From NCBI GenBank assembly GCA_963704725.1, contig OY969934.1, positions 2,720,001 through 2,784,000 on the forward strand: 64,000 bases of DNA. Reading direction: 5' to 3'. Under the pieces are notes generated by a model that saw only the letters and a program-made list of their open reading frames with translations, did no database searches and was not told the origin of the DNA. Below, piece after piece: positions 19,201-27,908 of the stretch (the stretch's first letter is position 1; every line of letters begins with the position of its first letter). This DNA is from an uncultured Actinomycetes bacterium. GTDB taxonomy: Bacteria > Actinomycetota > UBA4738 > HRBIN12. Position numbers and translations under genes: made by a program.

Positions 19201-19370
19201 GGGTCGATCTGCGCGGACAGCTTCGTCGAGCCCACGAGGTCGACGAAGATCACCGTCACGACCTTGCGCTCCTCGGGCGGCGGCGCGTCGACGGGATAGC
19301 CGCAGTTCGGGCAGAACCGCGCGGCCTCCGGCAGGGGCTCGCCGCATCGCTGGCAGAGGGTGACGGGCAT
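16203..19370 (-). CDS. Zn-ribbon / class III nucleotidyl cyclase / STAND-type ATPase / TPR protein
   Basis: CQRC…CPNCG; FVDLVGST, GDAV, VNFAARL; Walker A GEPGIGKS, Walker B LVFED; GGNPFF; helical repeats. Confidence 0.9.
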   Translation of the reverse strand: MPVTLCQRCGEPLPEAARFCPNCGYPVDAPPPEERKVVTVIFVDLVGSTKLSAQIDPERFREVIASYYRTVSEELESLRGRAYNFAGDAVVGVFGIPKVHDDDALRAVRAGLALIERIGRIGQSHGLPVPLRARVGINTGPVAIGTESSEQGLLFGATVNFAARLQQAADPGTVQVSEQTWLLTRTQVEYAPAREISAKGFDDGARGWPVVALAPGSTRRTIPIVDRKRELRLIHDTFEGVVETRRGHLVSLFGEPGIGKSRVAEEFVAGLPDEVKVLLGTASPYEEDVTFAPLAQMLLQELGERADSSPARLLARLEELAASCCPADEIHPVVARLALALGIGEEETRGQEHRYPVAEIRAGLLALLSGLAAASPVVLVFEDAHQAQPSMLDLIEQVVREAKRIPLLVLCIARYDLLDERPEWGGGLGDSLNLYLEPMSFDDATQLAQEAGEHIDVATAERVARHAGGNPFFIVETTGMLRHAEHHLPSDTDSLPEGLLPPTVQAVIASRIDHLAQPARDLARTASVFARSTFDLSELALVAEPDEKVLELLESEELLVRDTERPGVWRFRHGLVRDVAYESLPKRERQRLHLRIADGLSADPETAARYPRSIAYHLERAARASLDLNPGDRELAERAVQALAHAGHLALDASDTRAGADLYARALVMSGPERTWGFREAEILSHLGEARYWQGEFERAAAALGRALDLAPQDPAIRAQASRFLGDIEISVHGNRERGAELFETALEAARELGDPWTLARTLVVSGWGPYWFGDMDGAGAMFREALEVARANPEGDGWAEARALANLATIETETGDEERSLALASEGLVIAESTGDRFSIATARESVGGSLRRLGRFDEALAHADAAVEGFRQLGARWELASTLTGRGNLHRVSGRTTEAVRDLREAYRLCQELKERSLTVFTATSLAKALVAAGETGRARGVLAEAAGLSSVDGAPGSRLLDSEMELFLAEGDREEALERARRLLREPGELAQPKDEAAVVWLVGSLFGPQEVGGAEALEAARSLLERTHYELALRRPALLAGAELGPAPASG

Positions 19371-19401
19371 GCGCCAAGGATACGCAGGGCCTGCGACCCA
19401 C

Positions 19402-19866
19402 CTACTCGACGGGGCGGAACCCCGCGATGTCGAGGATCGAGCCCGTGCGCTCGGGTGCCAGGACGACCTCGACCCGCTCGCCGATCTCGAGAGGCTCCTC
19501 GCCCCCGTCGAGCACGCGGTGGAGCAGGACGGCGTCGGCTCCGTCCAGGCGCACGAGGCCGATCGTCGCGGGCTCCTCGAGCGCCTCGCCTTCGAGGTCC
19601 GCGAACGCGATCGTGAACGAGACCAGCACTCCGCCGGGACCGACCTCGGTGTCGGCGGCGAGCTCCGCGAAGCACCGTTCGCAGAACAGCCGAGCGGGGA
19701 CGTACGTGTAGGAGCACGCCTCGCACCTCGAGCCGAGCAGCACGCCCCGGTCGCGGAGCGCGGTGAGGAAGACCTCGCCGGCGACGCCCGGCGTGTACCG
19801 ATGACGGACCGGGAGATCGCCCTCCCACCGCCGGACCTCGTCGGGCCGCGCGATGCGCTCGAGCAT
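19402..19866 (-). CDS. Zn-ribbon OB-fold (DUF35) protein
   Basis: CEAC…P.R.FCERC followed by OB-fold. Confidence 0.85.
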   Translation of the reverse strand: MLERIARPDEVRRWEGDLPVRHRYTPGVAGEVFLTALRDRGVLLGSRCEACSYTYVPARLFCERCFAELAADTEVGPGGVLVSFTIAFADLEGEALEEPATIGLVRLDGADAVLLHRVLDGGEEPLEIGERVEVVLAPERTGSILDIAGFRPVE

Positions 19867-21587
19867 CAGCCGCTCCCCTCGGCGGCTCCGGCCCGGGGCC
19901 GGAAGTGGGCGATGTCCAGGATCGAGCCCGTCCGCTCGGCCTCGGGCTTCCATACGGCCTCGACCGCCATGCCGATGCGGACGTCCTCGGGCGCCACCTC
20001 GCCGAGCTTGTGGAGGAACCCGCCGTCGGAGCCGTCGATCGCGATGACGGCGGGGAGCTCGGGCTCGGGCAGCCGCTCCATGTCCCATCGAACGTGGCAG
20101 ATCGAGAACGTCTGGACGATGCCGGTCGGCTCGACCTCCACCCACGCGTCCGTGCCGCGGAAGCACCGCTCGCAGAACATCCGGGGCGGCACGAGGACCC
20201 GATCGCATCCCCGGCACTGCCGGCCGAGGATGCGGCCGGCGCGGAGCCCGTCGAGGTACCGGCCGACGGCGACGCCCGCGTCCCACGTGTACCGGGCATC
20301 GACGGCGTGATCGAGGCCTCCGGTCCCCGAACGGAACTCTCCGTCCGAGAGCGCGTGCCCGCCGGCCGACAGCGGGGGCGTCTGGACCACCGGGAGCTCC
20401 GTGGCCGTGGCGGGCGGCCCGCCTTCCGAGCCCATCACGACGACGGTGCCCACCTGCATGAGGTCGCCCCACGCCTGCGCGACACCGCGCTCGGGTGTGC
20501 CGGGCACCTGCCGCGCCCCGGCCTCCCCCCGGAGCTGCCAGAAGAGCTCGGCGACCTTCATCAATCCGGCGGCGGCGATGGGGTTCCCCACTCCGAGCAG
20601 GCCGCCGGACGGACAGCTCGGCAGGTCGCCGTCGCGGTTGAGGACACCGTCGCGCGCCGCCTCGGGGGCCCTGCCCCTGTCGAACAGGAGCAGCCCCTCC
20701 AGATGGTGGAGCTCCTTGTAGTCGAACGGGTCGTACGGCTCGGCCAGGTGGATCTGCTTGCGAGGCTCGGTGACGCCGGCCATCTCGTACGCCATGCGAG
20801 CGGCGTTCGCGACGTACTCTGGGAAGACGAGGTCGCGGTTGGTCCAGTACGCGGTGTCGAGGTTCCAGCCGACTCCCTGGATCCACACCGGCTTGTCGGT
20901 CAGGCGCCGCGCGGCCTCCTCGCTCGCCACGACGATGGCCACGGCGCCGTCGCTGATCGGCGAGACGTCGAGCCGCTGCACGGGCCACGCCAGCGTCTCG
21001 GAGGCCAGGACGTCCTCTACCGTGATCTCGGCCTGCCCCAGGAGCGCCGCCGGATGGTCGGCCGCGTTCCGCTTGTTCTTCACCGCCACGGTCGCGATGT
21101 CGCGCTTGTCGAGGCCGTACACGCTCATGTAGCGGTTCATCTCGAGCGCGAAGATCCACAGCAGGTTCGGACCGAGGGGCCGCTCGAGCACGTTGTCGAA
21201 GATCGTGAGGAACGCGCCCTGGGGGTGGGGCTGGGTCGAGGACATCTTCTCCTCGGCCACGGCGAGCACGACGTCGGCCATCCCGCTCGCCACCGTGTAG
21301 TACGCCTGGATCGCGGTGAAGACGCCGCTGCCGCCCCCGACGTACGTCCGGATGAAGGGCTTGCCGAACGCACCGGCGCCGTCGGACAGGTACTCGCCCT
21401 TCATGTGGACGCCATCGAACGCGTCCGGCGCGCTCGTCAGGCAGACCGCGTCGACGTCGGCGAGCGAGAGTTCGCAGGAGTCGAGTGCCGCTCGCGAGGC
21501 CTCCCACGACAGCTCCTTGCCGGTCTCGAGCGCGCGGCGGACGAACTTCGTCATCCCCGCCCCGACGACCGCGACCCGGCGCGCCAC
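19866..21587 (-). CDS. Thiolase-fold protein fused to C-terminal DUF35 domain
   Basis: VAVVGAGMTKF, DGA.A.V, EPYDPF, SGGLLGVGNPIAAAG; C-terminal CRGC…FCERC OB-fold. Confidence 0.85.
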   Translation of the reverse strand: MARRVAVVGAGMTKFVRRALETGKELSWEASRAALDSCELSLADVDAVCLTSAPDAFDGVHMKGEYLSDGAGAFGKPFIRTYVGGGSGVFTAIQAYYTVASGMADVVLAVAEEKMSSTQPHPQGAFLTIFDNVLERPLGPNLLWIFALEMNRYMSVYGLDKRDIATVAVKNKRNAADHPAALLGQAEITVEDVLASETLAWPVQRLDVSPISDGAVAIVVASEEAARRLTDKPVWIQGVGWNLDTAYWTNRDLVFPEYVANAARMAYEMAGVTEPRKQIHLAEPYDPFDYKELHHLEGLLLFDRGRAPEAARDGVLNRDGDLPSCPSGGLLGVGNPIAAAGLMKVAELFWQLRGEAGARQVPGTPERGVAQAWGDLMQVGTVVVMGSEGGPPATATELPVVQTPPLSAGGHALSDGEFRSGTGGLDHAVDARYTWDAGVAVGRYLDGLRAGRILGRQCRGCDRVLVPPRMFCERCFRGTDAWVEVEPTGIVQTFSICHVRWDMERLPEPELPAVIAIDGSDGGFLHKLGEVAPEDVRIGMAVEAVWKPEAERTGSILDIAHFRPRAGAAEGSG

Positions 21588-21589
21588 CG

Positions 21590-21955
21590 TCAGCCCTCCC
21601 CCTGCGTCCGGTACTCGATCAGCTGCATCGAGTTCCCGTCGGGATCGGAGAACGAGGCGTAGCGCGCGTAGCCGGGGACCTCGCCGAGATGGTCCTCGAA
21701 CGCCACGCCCCGCGCCTCGAGCGACGCTTTCGCGAGGTCGAGGTCGTCGACCAGGAAGACCGCGGTCCCCCCGTGCCGCGCGGTGCTCTCGCCGGCGCCG
21801 TGCAGCCCGATGCGGATCGGGCCCGCCGCGAACTCGGCCCAGGTGTCCTCGTGCCGCATCCGCAGCTCGAGCCCGACGGCGTCGCGATAGAACGCGACGG
21901 AGCGATCCATGTCGGTCACCCAGAACCACACGTGGTCGACGGCGCCGACGCTCAT
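21590..21955 (-). CDS. VOC / glyoxalase family protein
   Basis: DHV…V.D.DRS..FY…GL; F.DPDGN..QLIE. Confidence 0.85.
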   Translation of the reverse strand: MSVGAVDHVWFWVTDMDRSVAFYRDAVGLELRMRHEDTWAEFAAGPIRIGLHGAGESTARHGGTAVFLVDDLDLAKASLEARGVAFEDHLGEVPGYARYASFSDPDGNSMQLIEYRTQGEG

Positions 21956-23124
21956 GCGCCCGCCCCGGAGTCGCCGGCCAGGACGGCCACGGCCGCCGAC
22001 GTGCTCGGAACGTGCCGGGCCGACTGGGCCACGGCGACGAACGTCTCGTCCACCTGCCGCTCCCCGGCCTCCCCTCGCAGCTGCTCCACGCACTCCAGCA
22101 CCCGCACGAGCCCGTTCGCCTCGAACAGGTCGCCCTGCCCCAGCGAGCCGCCCGACACGTTCACCGGGAGGTCCCCGTCGGGGTCGAGCTCTCCGTCGGA
22201 CAGGAGCCCGGCGAGGTCTTCGGCCGACCCAAGCCCCAGCGCCTCGAGATGCAGGAGCTCCCGGAACGAGAACAGGTCGTCCACCTCCGCGAGGTCGATC
22301 TCCTCGCCGGGATCCACGATCCCCGCCTGCCGGTACGCCATCCGCGCGGCCGCCGTGGTGGCGTCGCTCTCGCCCCACAGCCGGCTCTCGAGGGAGGGCG
22401 AGCCGGAGGCCCATCCCGTACCGAGCACCCACACCGGTGCCTCGGACAGGTCGCGAGCCCGGTCACCGCCGGCGAGCACCACGACGACGCAGCCGTCTGC
22501 CCGCTCGGCCACCTCGAGACGGCGGAGCGGCCAGCTCACCGGGGGCGAGTCGTCGACGTCCTCGGTGGCCAGCGCGGCCCCGTAGGCCGCCCGCGGGTTG
22601 TCGAGCGCGTTCGTCCGGTTCTTGGCGGCAACGGCCGCGCAGTGCTCCTCGGACAGGCCCGTACGCTCGAGGTACGCGTTCATGTCGAGCCCGGCGACCG
22701 CCAGCGTGGAGATCCCGAGCGGGCGGTTGAAGACGGGGTCGAGCGCGAAGGCCTCGATCGCGCCGAGCGAGCGGACGTCGGAGGCCTTGCTGTGCGCCTC
22801 GACGGCGACCACCGAGGCCAGGCCGGAGCGGATCAGCATGACGCCGGTAGCCAGGCCGAACAGCCCGTCGGCGGCCACGCTGTGCACGGGCCGCTGCATC
22901 GCGCCGAGCTGGTCGGGCACGTACTCGTCGAAGATCGACGTGCCCTCGAGCAGGTCCTCCGAGCAGCACACGAACGAGTCGATCTCGGTTCGCGGGTCCA
23001 CGCCGGCGTCGAAGTACGCGCGGGTGGCGGCCTCGAACATCAGCTCCTTGTAGGAGACGCCGGCCGTGATGGGGGCGAACCCCGCGTGCCCGATGCCCAC
23101 GACGGCGATCCTCGGCGCGTCCAC
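21952..23124 (-). CDS. Thiolase-fold protein
   Basis: IAVVGIG, KN..NAL.NP.A, DG..V.VLA, AEVDD.F, VNVSGGSL. Confidence 0.85.
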   Translation of the reverse strand: MDAPRIAVVGIGHAGFAPITAGVSYKELMFEAATRAYFDAGVDPRTEIDSFVCCSEDLLEGTSIFDEYVPDQLGAMQRPVHSVAADGLFGLATGVMLIRSGLASVVAVEAHSKASDVRSLGAIEAFALDPVFNRPLGISTLAVAGLDMNAYLERTGLSEEHCAAVAAKNRTNALDNPRAAYGAALATEDVDDSPPVSWPLRRLEVAERADGCVVVVLAGGDRARDLSEAPVWVLGTGWASGSPSLESRLWGESDATTAAARMAYRQAGIVDPGEEIDLAEVDDLFSFRELLHLEALGLGSAEDLAGLLSDGELDPDGDLPVNVSGGSLGQGDLFEANGLVRVLECVEQLRGEAGERQVDETFVAVAQSARHVPSTSAAVAVLAGDSGAGA

Positions 23125-23206
23125 GCCCGGATTCTCCCACCAACGTACGTGCCGTAGGTTCCCCGCCCGTCGTGCGCGGCTCGAGTCGTCGGTCTCCGGC
23201 CTCCTC

Positions 23207-23434
23207 CTACGCGGGCAGGCGGGCCAGGAGCTCGTCGAGGAGCTGGACGGCCCTTGCGGTGTCCGGGTCGGCCGTCGCCTCGCCGGCCGGCGACAGCAGC
23301 TGTTGCCTGGCGCGGACGACCGACACCCGGCGCCCGCCGCAGAACGTCTCCAGCTCGTGAAGGGCTCGTTCCTGGATGGCCTCGGTGCGCGCAAGCGCGA
23401 CTGAGAGATCTCGGACGTCGTCGGCGAATGACAT
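23207..23434 (-). CDS. Hypothetical protein (75 aa)
   Basis: Strong GAGGAGGAG SD before ATG; amphipathic helical sequence. Confidence 0.6.
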   Translation of the reverse strand: MSFADDVRDLSVALARTEAIQERALHELETFCGGRRVSVVRARQQLLSPAGEATADPDTARAVQLLDELLARLPA

Positions 23435-23543
23435 GTCTCCTCCTCGCTGGATCAACGGTCGACGCGAGATCACGCCCGTGGACCCGAGAACGGGTCGGCG
23501 GATCCGCCTCGCCGATGGCGACGAGGCGTTCGCGATGATCGCG

Positions 23544-23912
23544 CTAGATCTCGAGAGACGCCGGGGGACCGTGGCGAGAGAAGCCGAGCGCCAACGGCCC
23601 GGCGGTCTGGATGAAGCGGGAGCGAAGGAGGTCCCGGCCGGCTGAGACCGATGCCTGGAGCCGGACGACGCGCGCGTCGGTGGCCGCCAGGGAGCGTGGC
23701 CCTTCCGTCCGGCGCCAACCGCCGGAGAACGCGGGCCGGTCCGAGACGGTGATCATGACCGTCGGGACCGCCTCGATCGTCCTCGCCTTCTGCCGCCCCG
23801 AGGGGTCGGACAGGGGCGCCTCTCCGCCCGATCGGCCGGCGGCGATCCACGCGAGGAGAGCCACCGAGAGCGCGGCGAGCGTGCGCCCTCCGACGGTCCG
23901 AGGGTGGATCAC
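23544..23912 (-). CDS. Hypothetical protein with N-terminal hydrophobic segment and C-terminal HGPP; candidate arrest-peptide leader
   Basis: TACGCT -10 six nt before GTG (leaderless); LAALSVALLAWIAA; ends RHGPPASLEI*. Confidence 0.5.
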   Translation of the reverse strand: MIHPRTVGGRTLAALSVALLAWIAAGRSGGEAPLSDPSGRQKARTIEAVPTVMITVSDRPAFSGGWRRTEGPRSLAATDARVVRLQASVSAGRDLLRSRFIQTAGPLALGFSRHGPPASLEI

Positions 23913-23954
23913 GGGCCGAGCGTAGGCGCACGCGCGGCGCGGGCGCAAGGCGAG

Positions 23955-24596
23955 CTACTGGCCGAGGATCTTCTTCTTCTGGTTCTGGAACTCCGCCTCG
24001 GTGAGGACGCCCTTGTCGCGGAGCTCGGCCAGACGCTCGAGCTCGGAGGTGGCGGAGGGCCCGGAGGGCGAGGCCGCGGCCCGGCCCCGGCCTTGAAACA
24101 TCCGCTCCTTGTTCCGCTCGCCCTGCTCGTAGATCTCCTTCTGGACGGACTCGGGGTGCCGCACGTTGGCGAACGTGTTCCGGCCGAACTCCCCGGCCGA
24201 CTCCAGGATCAGGTCGCCGGCCCCGACGAGGCGCTCCAGGATCGACTGGTTGAACCGCACGTCGTTGATGGCCTCGAGGGGGATCTCCATCGTGTGCTTG
24301 GCGATGAACCCTTCGCGGTGGATCACCCGGTCGCTCGTTACCGCGAAGTTCGACGTGACCCACGCGATGAACGCGCGCAGCGGATACCACACGAGGACCA
24401 CGACGCCGACCGCGAGGGACCCCCAGATCACGACGCTTCGCCCGGCGCCGTCGTCGGGCGCCTTCGCCACCGCGAGGATCCATCCGGCCAGCACGAGCGC
24501 CGTCACGATCGCCGGCATCACCAGCGCGATCCAGTGGGGACGGAGGTCGAGCACGATCTCCTCACCCTCGATCAACAGCCTGCGAGGGAACGCCAT
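23955..24596 (-). CDS. Membrane protein with bacterial PH domain and SHOCT tail
   Basis: LRPHW, two TMs, VT.DRVI.REG.I, C-terminal LERLAELRDKGVLTEAEF…KKKIL. Confidence 0.85.
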   Translation of the reverse strand: MAFPRRLLIEGEEIVLDLRPHWIALVMPAIVTALVLAGWILAVAKAPDDGAGRSVVIWGSLAVGVVVLVWYPLRAFIAWVTSNFAVTSDRVIHREGFIAKHTMEIPLEAINDVRFNQSILERLVGAGDLILESAGEFGRNTFANVRHPESVQKEIYEQGERNKERMFQGRGRAAASPSGPSATSELERLAELRDKGVLTEAEFQNQKKKILGQ

Positions 24597-24605
24597 GCGC
24601 GGAGC

Positions 24606-25361
24606 TTACTCCAGGTGCTGGACGTCGCCGAACCGGACGACCTCGGTCCCTCGCTCCGTCCGGACGAGCAACCCGCCTGCCTCGTCGACCTCGACCGCCT
24701 CGCCCTCGACCACGGATCCGTCGGTCGTCGTGGCCCGCACGCGGAGCCCGAGCGTCGCGCACCGCCGCCGGTACGCGGCCACCACCGCGCCGGGGAAGGC
24801 GGGGTGTCCGGGCTCGTAGCGCTCGGCGAAGACGCGGAGGAAGGCCGTGAGGAGCTCCTCCGCCCCGGCGTCGACGGCGCCGGCGTCGGTGAACTCCTGC
24901 GGTGGCTCGCCGAGGTTCACGCCGACGCCGAGCACGACGTGGTCCAGGCGGTCGTCGTGCAGGCGCGACTCGGCCAGGATGCCCGCCGCCTTGCGGCCGC
25001 CCACCAGCACGTCGTTCGGCCACTTGCAGGCGGCCCGCTGATCGCCGACCTGCTCTGCGGCCTCGGCCAGCGCCGTCCCGGCGAGCAAGCTGAGCAGGCC
25101 TCCGAAAGGCGGGGAGAGCTCCACCGGACGCAGGACCAGCGAGAACATCAGCGCCCGCCCGGGCTCGTCGCGCCACGTCCGGCCGAGGCGGCCGCGCCCC
25201 CGCGTCTGATGCGCCGCGGCGACGAGGGTCCACTGGGGCGAGCCCTCGGCCGCCAGGCGCAGGGCCGTCTCCTGCGTCGAGCGGGTAACCTCGTCGAACC
25301 GGACGGGCGCCGCGAGGCCCACCCGTTCGAGCGCGCGATCCAGGGCGTGGTCGGACAGCAC
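24606..25361 (-). CDS. birA: Biotin--[acetyl-CoA-carboxylase] ligase (no HTH domain)
   Basis: QTRGRGRLGRTW, KWPNDV, KAAGIL, GVGVN. Confidence 0.93.
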   Translation of the reverse strand: MLSDHALDRALERVGLAAPVRFDEVTRSTQETALRLAAEGSPQWTLVAAAHQTRGRGRLGRTWRDEPGRALMFSLVLRPVELSPPFGGLLSLLAGTALAEAAEQVGDQRAACKWPNDVLVGGRKAAGILAESRLHDDRLDHVVLGVGVNLGEPPQEFTDAGAVDAGAEELLTAFLRVFAERYEPGHPAFPGAVVAAYRRRCATLGLRVRATTTDGSVVEGEAVEVDEAGGLLVRTERGTEVVRFGDVQHLE

Positions 25362-25413
25362 GGACGTTGACTCCCGTTGGGGGGTACTCGATTATCGGCT
25401 GCCGGAGCAGCGT

Positions 25414-27141
25414 GTGGCGAAACCTCGGATCCTGATCGCGAACCGCGGCGAGATCGCCGTGCGCATCATCCGGACGATCCGGGAGCTCGGGTACACCTCG
25501 ATCGCCGTGTACAGCGACGCCGACCGCGACGCCCTCCACGTCCAGATGGCCGACCAGGCGTACCGGATCGGGCCGCCGCTGCCGGCCGACTCCTATCTGT
25601 CGATCGGGGCGATCCTCGACGCCGCCCGCAAGGCCAAGGCCACCGCGATCCATCCCGGCTATGGGTTCCTGTCCGAGCGAGCCCACTTCGCGCAGGCGGT
25701 CGGGGAGGCGGGGTTCACGTTCATCGGACCACCGCCCGAGGCGATCGAGGTGATGGGCGACAAGTCGGCGGCCCGGCAGGCGGCCGACCGCGTGGGGGTC
25801 CCCATCGTGCCCGGCACCCCGGAACCCGTCACGATCGAGGATGCGCCCCGCGAGGCCGAGCGGATCGGCTTCCCCGTGCTGGTGAAGGCGGCGTTCGGGG
25901 GCGGCGGCCGCGGGATGCACATCGTGCGCAAGCCCGAGGAGCTCGCCAACGCGCTGACCCGCGCCGCGCGCGAGGCCCAGGCGTACTTCGGCCGCCCCGA
26001 GGTGTTCCTCGAGCGGTACGTCGACCGATCGCATCACGTCGAGGCGCAGATCCTGGCGGACACGCACGGCAACGTGTTCTTCCTCGGGGAGCGGGACTGC
26101 TCGGTCCAGCGACGGCACCAGAAGCTCATCGAGGAGACCCCCTCGCCCGTGGTCGACACCGACCTCCGGCAGCGGATCGGCGAGGCATCGATGGCGCTGG
26201 CCAAGGAGGCCGGGTACGTCAACGCCGGCACCGTGGAGTGCATCGTCGACGAGGACGGGTCGTTCTACTTCCTCGAGATGAACACCCGGCTCCAGGTCGA
26301 GCACACCGTCACGGAGATGGTGACCGGCCTCGACCTCGTGGCCCTGCAGATCCGCGTGGCCCTCGGCGACAAGCTCGACCTGAGCGACGTGCGACCTCGC
26401 GGACACGCCATCCAGTGCCGGATCAACGCTGAGGACCCGGCTCGGAACTTCCTCCCCGGGCCGGGCCGCATCACCGCCTACCGGGAGCCGGCCGGGCCGT
26501 TCGTCCGCGTCGACTCGTCCGTCGAGGAGGGCCGGGAGGTCCCCGCCGACTACGACTCGATGTTCGCGAAGCTGGTCGTGTCGGCGGAGACACGCGACCG
26601 CGCCATCGCGCGGATGCTCCGGGCGCTGGACGAGTTCCGCGTAGAAGGCGTGCCGACGACGATCCCGCTGCACCGGTGGATCCTGCAGACGCGCGCGTTC
26701 CACAAGTCGACCCACACCACGACCTGGCTGGAGAAGGCGCTCCGCGACGCCGAGCTCGCGCTCCCCGTCGACGGCGCGCAGCCTCAGGGCGAGGCGAAGC
26801 CTCCCGTGCCGGCCGAGCTCCTGCTCGAGGTGGACGGGCGCCGCGTCGAGGTCCGGATCTTCGACCAGCGCCGGGAGTCGGCGCCCAAGCCGCCGAGCCG
26901 CCACTCGGCGCACCACGAGCAGGCCGTCCACAGCGTCGTGGCCGCCCAGATGCAGGGCACGATCGTCCGCGTGCTGGTCGAGCCCGGCCAGGGGGTCCAG
27001 GCCGGCGACGTCGTCTGCATCCTCGAGGCCATGAAGATGGAGAACGCCATCCCCGCCCCTCGCGACGGGACGGTGTCCGAGGTGAAGATCGCCGCCGGTC
27101 AGGTCGTGCAGGCCGGCGACGCGCTCGTCGTGCTCGACTGA
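25414..27141 (+). CDS. Acyl-CoA carboxylase alpha subunit (biotin carboxylase + BCCP)
   Basis: LIANRGEIA, HPGYGFLSE, GGGGRGM, QRRHQK, EMNTRLQVEH, EAMKM. Confidence 0.95.
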   Translation: MAKPRILIANRGEIAVRIIRTIRELGYTSIAVYSDADRDALHVQMADQAYRIGPPLPADSYLSIGAILDAARKAKATAIHPGYGFLSERAHFAQAVGEAGFTFIGPPPEAIEVMGDKSAARQAADRVGVPIVPGTPEPVTIEDAPREAERIGFPVLVKAAFGGGGRGMHIVRKPEELANALTRAAREAQAYFGRPEVFLERYVDRSHHVEAQILADTHGNVFFLGERDCSVQRRHQKLIEETPSPVVDTDLRQRIGEASMALAKEAGYVNAGTVECIVDEDGSFYFLEMNTRLQVEHTVTEMVTGLDLVALQIRVALGDKLDLSDVRPRGHAIQCRINAEDPARNFLPGPGRITAYREPAGPFVRVDSSVEEGREVPADYDSMFAKLVVSAETRDRAIARMLRALDEFRVEGVPTTIPLHRWILQTRAFHKSTHTTTWLEKALRDAELALPVDGAQPQGEAKPPVPAELLLEVDGRRVEVRIFDQRRESAPKPPSRHSAHHEQAVHSVVAAQMQGTIVRVLVEPGQGVQAGDVVCILEAMKMENAIPAPRDGTVSEVKIAAGQVVQAGDALVVLD

Positions 27142-27152
27142 ACCCGGTCTCG

Positions 27153-27842
27153 CTACCTCGGCCCCGGCGCGCCCCAGGCGTCGCGGCCGGTGATGCGGAA
27201 GCCGCTGTCGTGGAGCTTGTAGGTCCGGTTGATGGAGACCAGGAGCGCCGTCATCGTTTCGGCGATCCGCGCCATCGTGAGATCGCCGGCGTCCACCCAC
27301 CGCAGGTTCGGGATGGCCTCGACGAGCTCCCCGACCGCCGCTTTGGCCTGCGGGTCCTTCCCGCACACGAACACGTCGCTCTCCATGGCGTGCTCCAGGT
27401 CCTGCAGCTGCTCCCCCGAGATCGTGTGGAAGGCGGACACGAAGTTCGCCTTGGGGATCAGCGCCTTGGCCTGCTCCACGGCCGAGCCGTGCCACGGCCG
27501 GATCACCTGCCACGCTCGGCCCCCGACCGCCGTCGCCAGGGGGCTCGTGCAGTCGACGACGACCTTGCCGTCGGCGACGTGATCCTTGATGGCCCGATAG
27601 ATGTCGGCCTGTCCCCCGTAAGGGACCGTGACGAACACGATGTCGCCCTGCTCGGCCGCCTTCTCGTTCGTCGTCCCGTCCACAAGCGCGTCGGCGCCGA
27701 TGATCTCCCTAGCCTTGCCGGCCACCGTCTGGCCCTTCTCCTCGGATCGAGAGCCGATGATGACGTGCCGTCCCGCCTTCGCGAGTCGGAGGGTGAGACC
27801 GAACCCCTCTTCCCCGGTTCCGCCGATCACTGAGATGTCCAT
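27153..27842 (-). CDS. npdG: NADPH-dependent F420 reductase
   Basis: IGGTGEEG.GL..RL, IGSR, VSAFH, DAG.L..AR. Confidence 0.85.
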   Translation of the reverse strand: MDISVIGGTGEEGFGLTLRLAKAGRHVIIGSRSEEKGQTVAGKAREIIGADALVDGTTNEKAAEQGDIVFVTVPYGGQADIYRAIKDHVADGKVVVDCTSPLATAVGGRAWQVIRPWHGSAVEQAKALIPKANFVSAFHTISGEQLQDLEHAMESDVFVCGKDPQAKAAVGELVEAIPNLRWVDAGDLTMARIAETMTALLVSINRTYKLHDSGFRITGRDAWGAPGPR

Positions 27843-27908
27843 GGCGGCCAGGGTAGTCGAGCGGTCCAGGCCGGCCAGTGGGCCGGACGGCCCAACCGGA
27901 CCGGGGAC

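Noticed and set aside
13506-19616. 2036-aa plus-strand ORF and many other long overlapping ORFs (e.g. 24562-27513 minus, 55918-56844 extension)
   Set aside because: Antisense or off-frame shadows of well-supported genes, expected in very GC-rich DNA; Arg/Gly/Pro-rich with no motifs
21590-21955. VOC protein as the missing methylmalonyl-CoA epimerase
   Set aside because: Lacks the H..IAV and G.HH motifs and the full metal-ligand set of epimerases; embedded in the thiolase cluster
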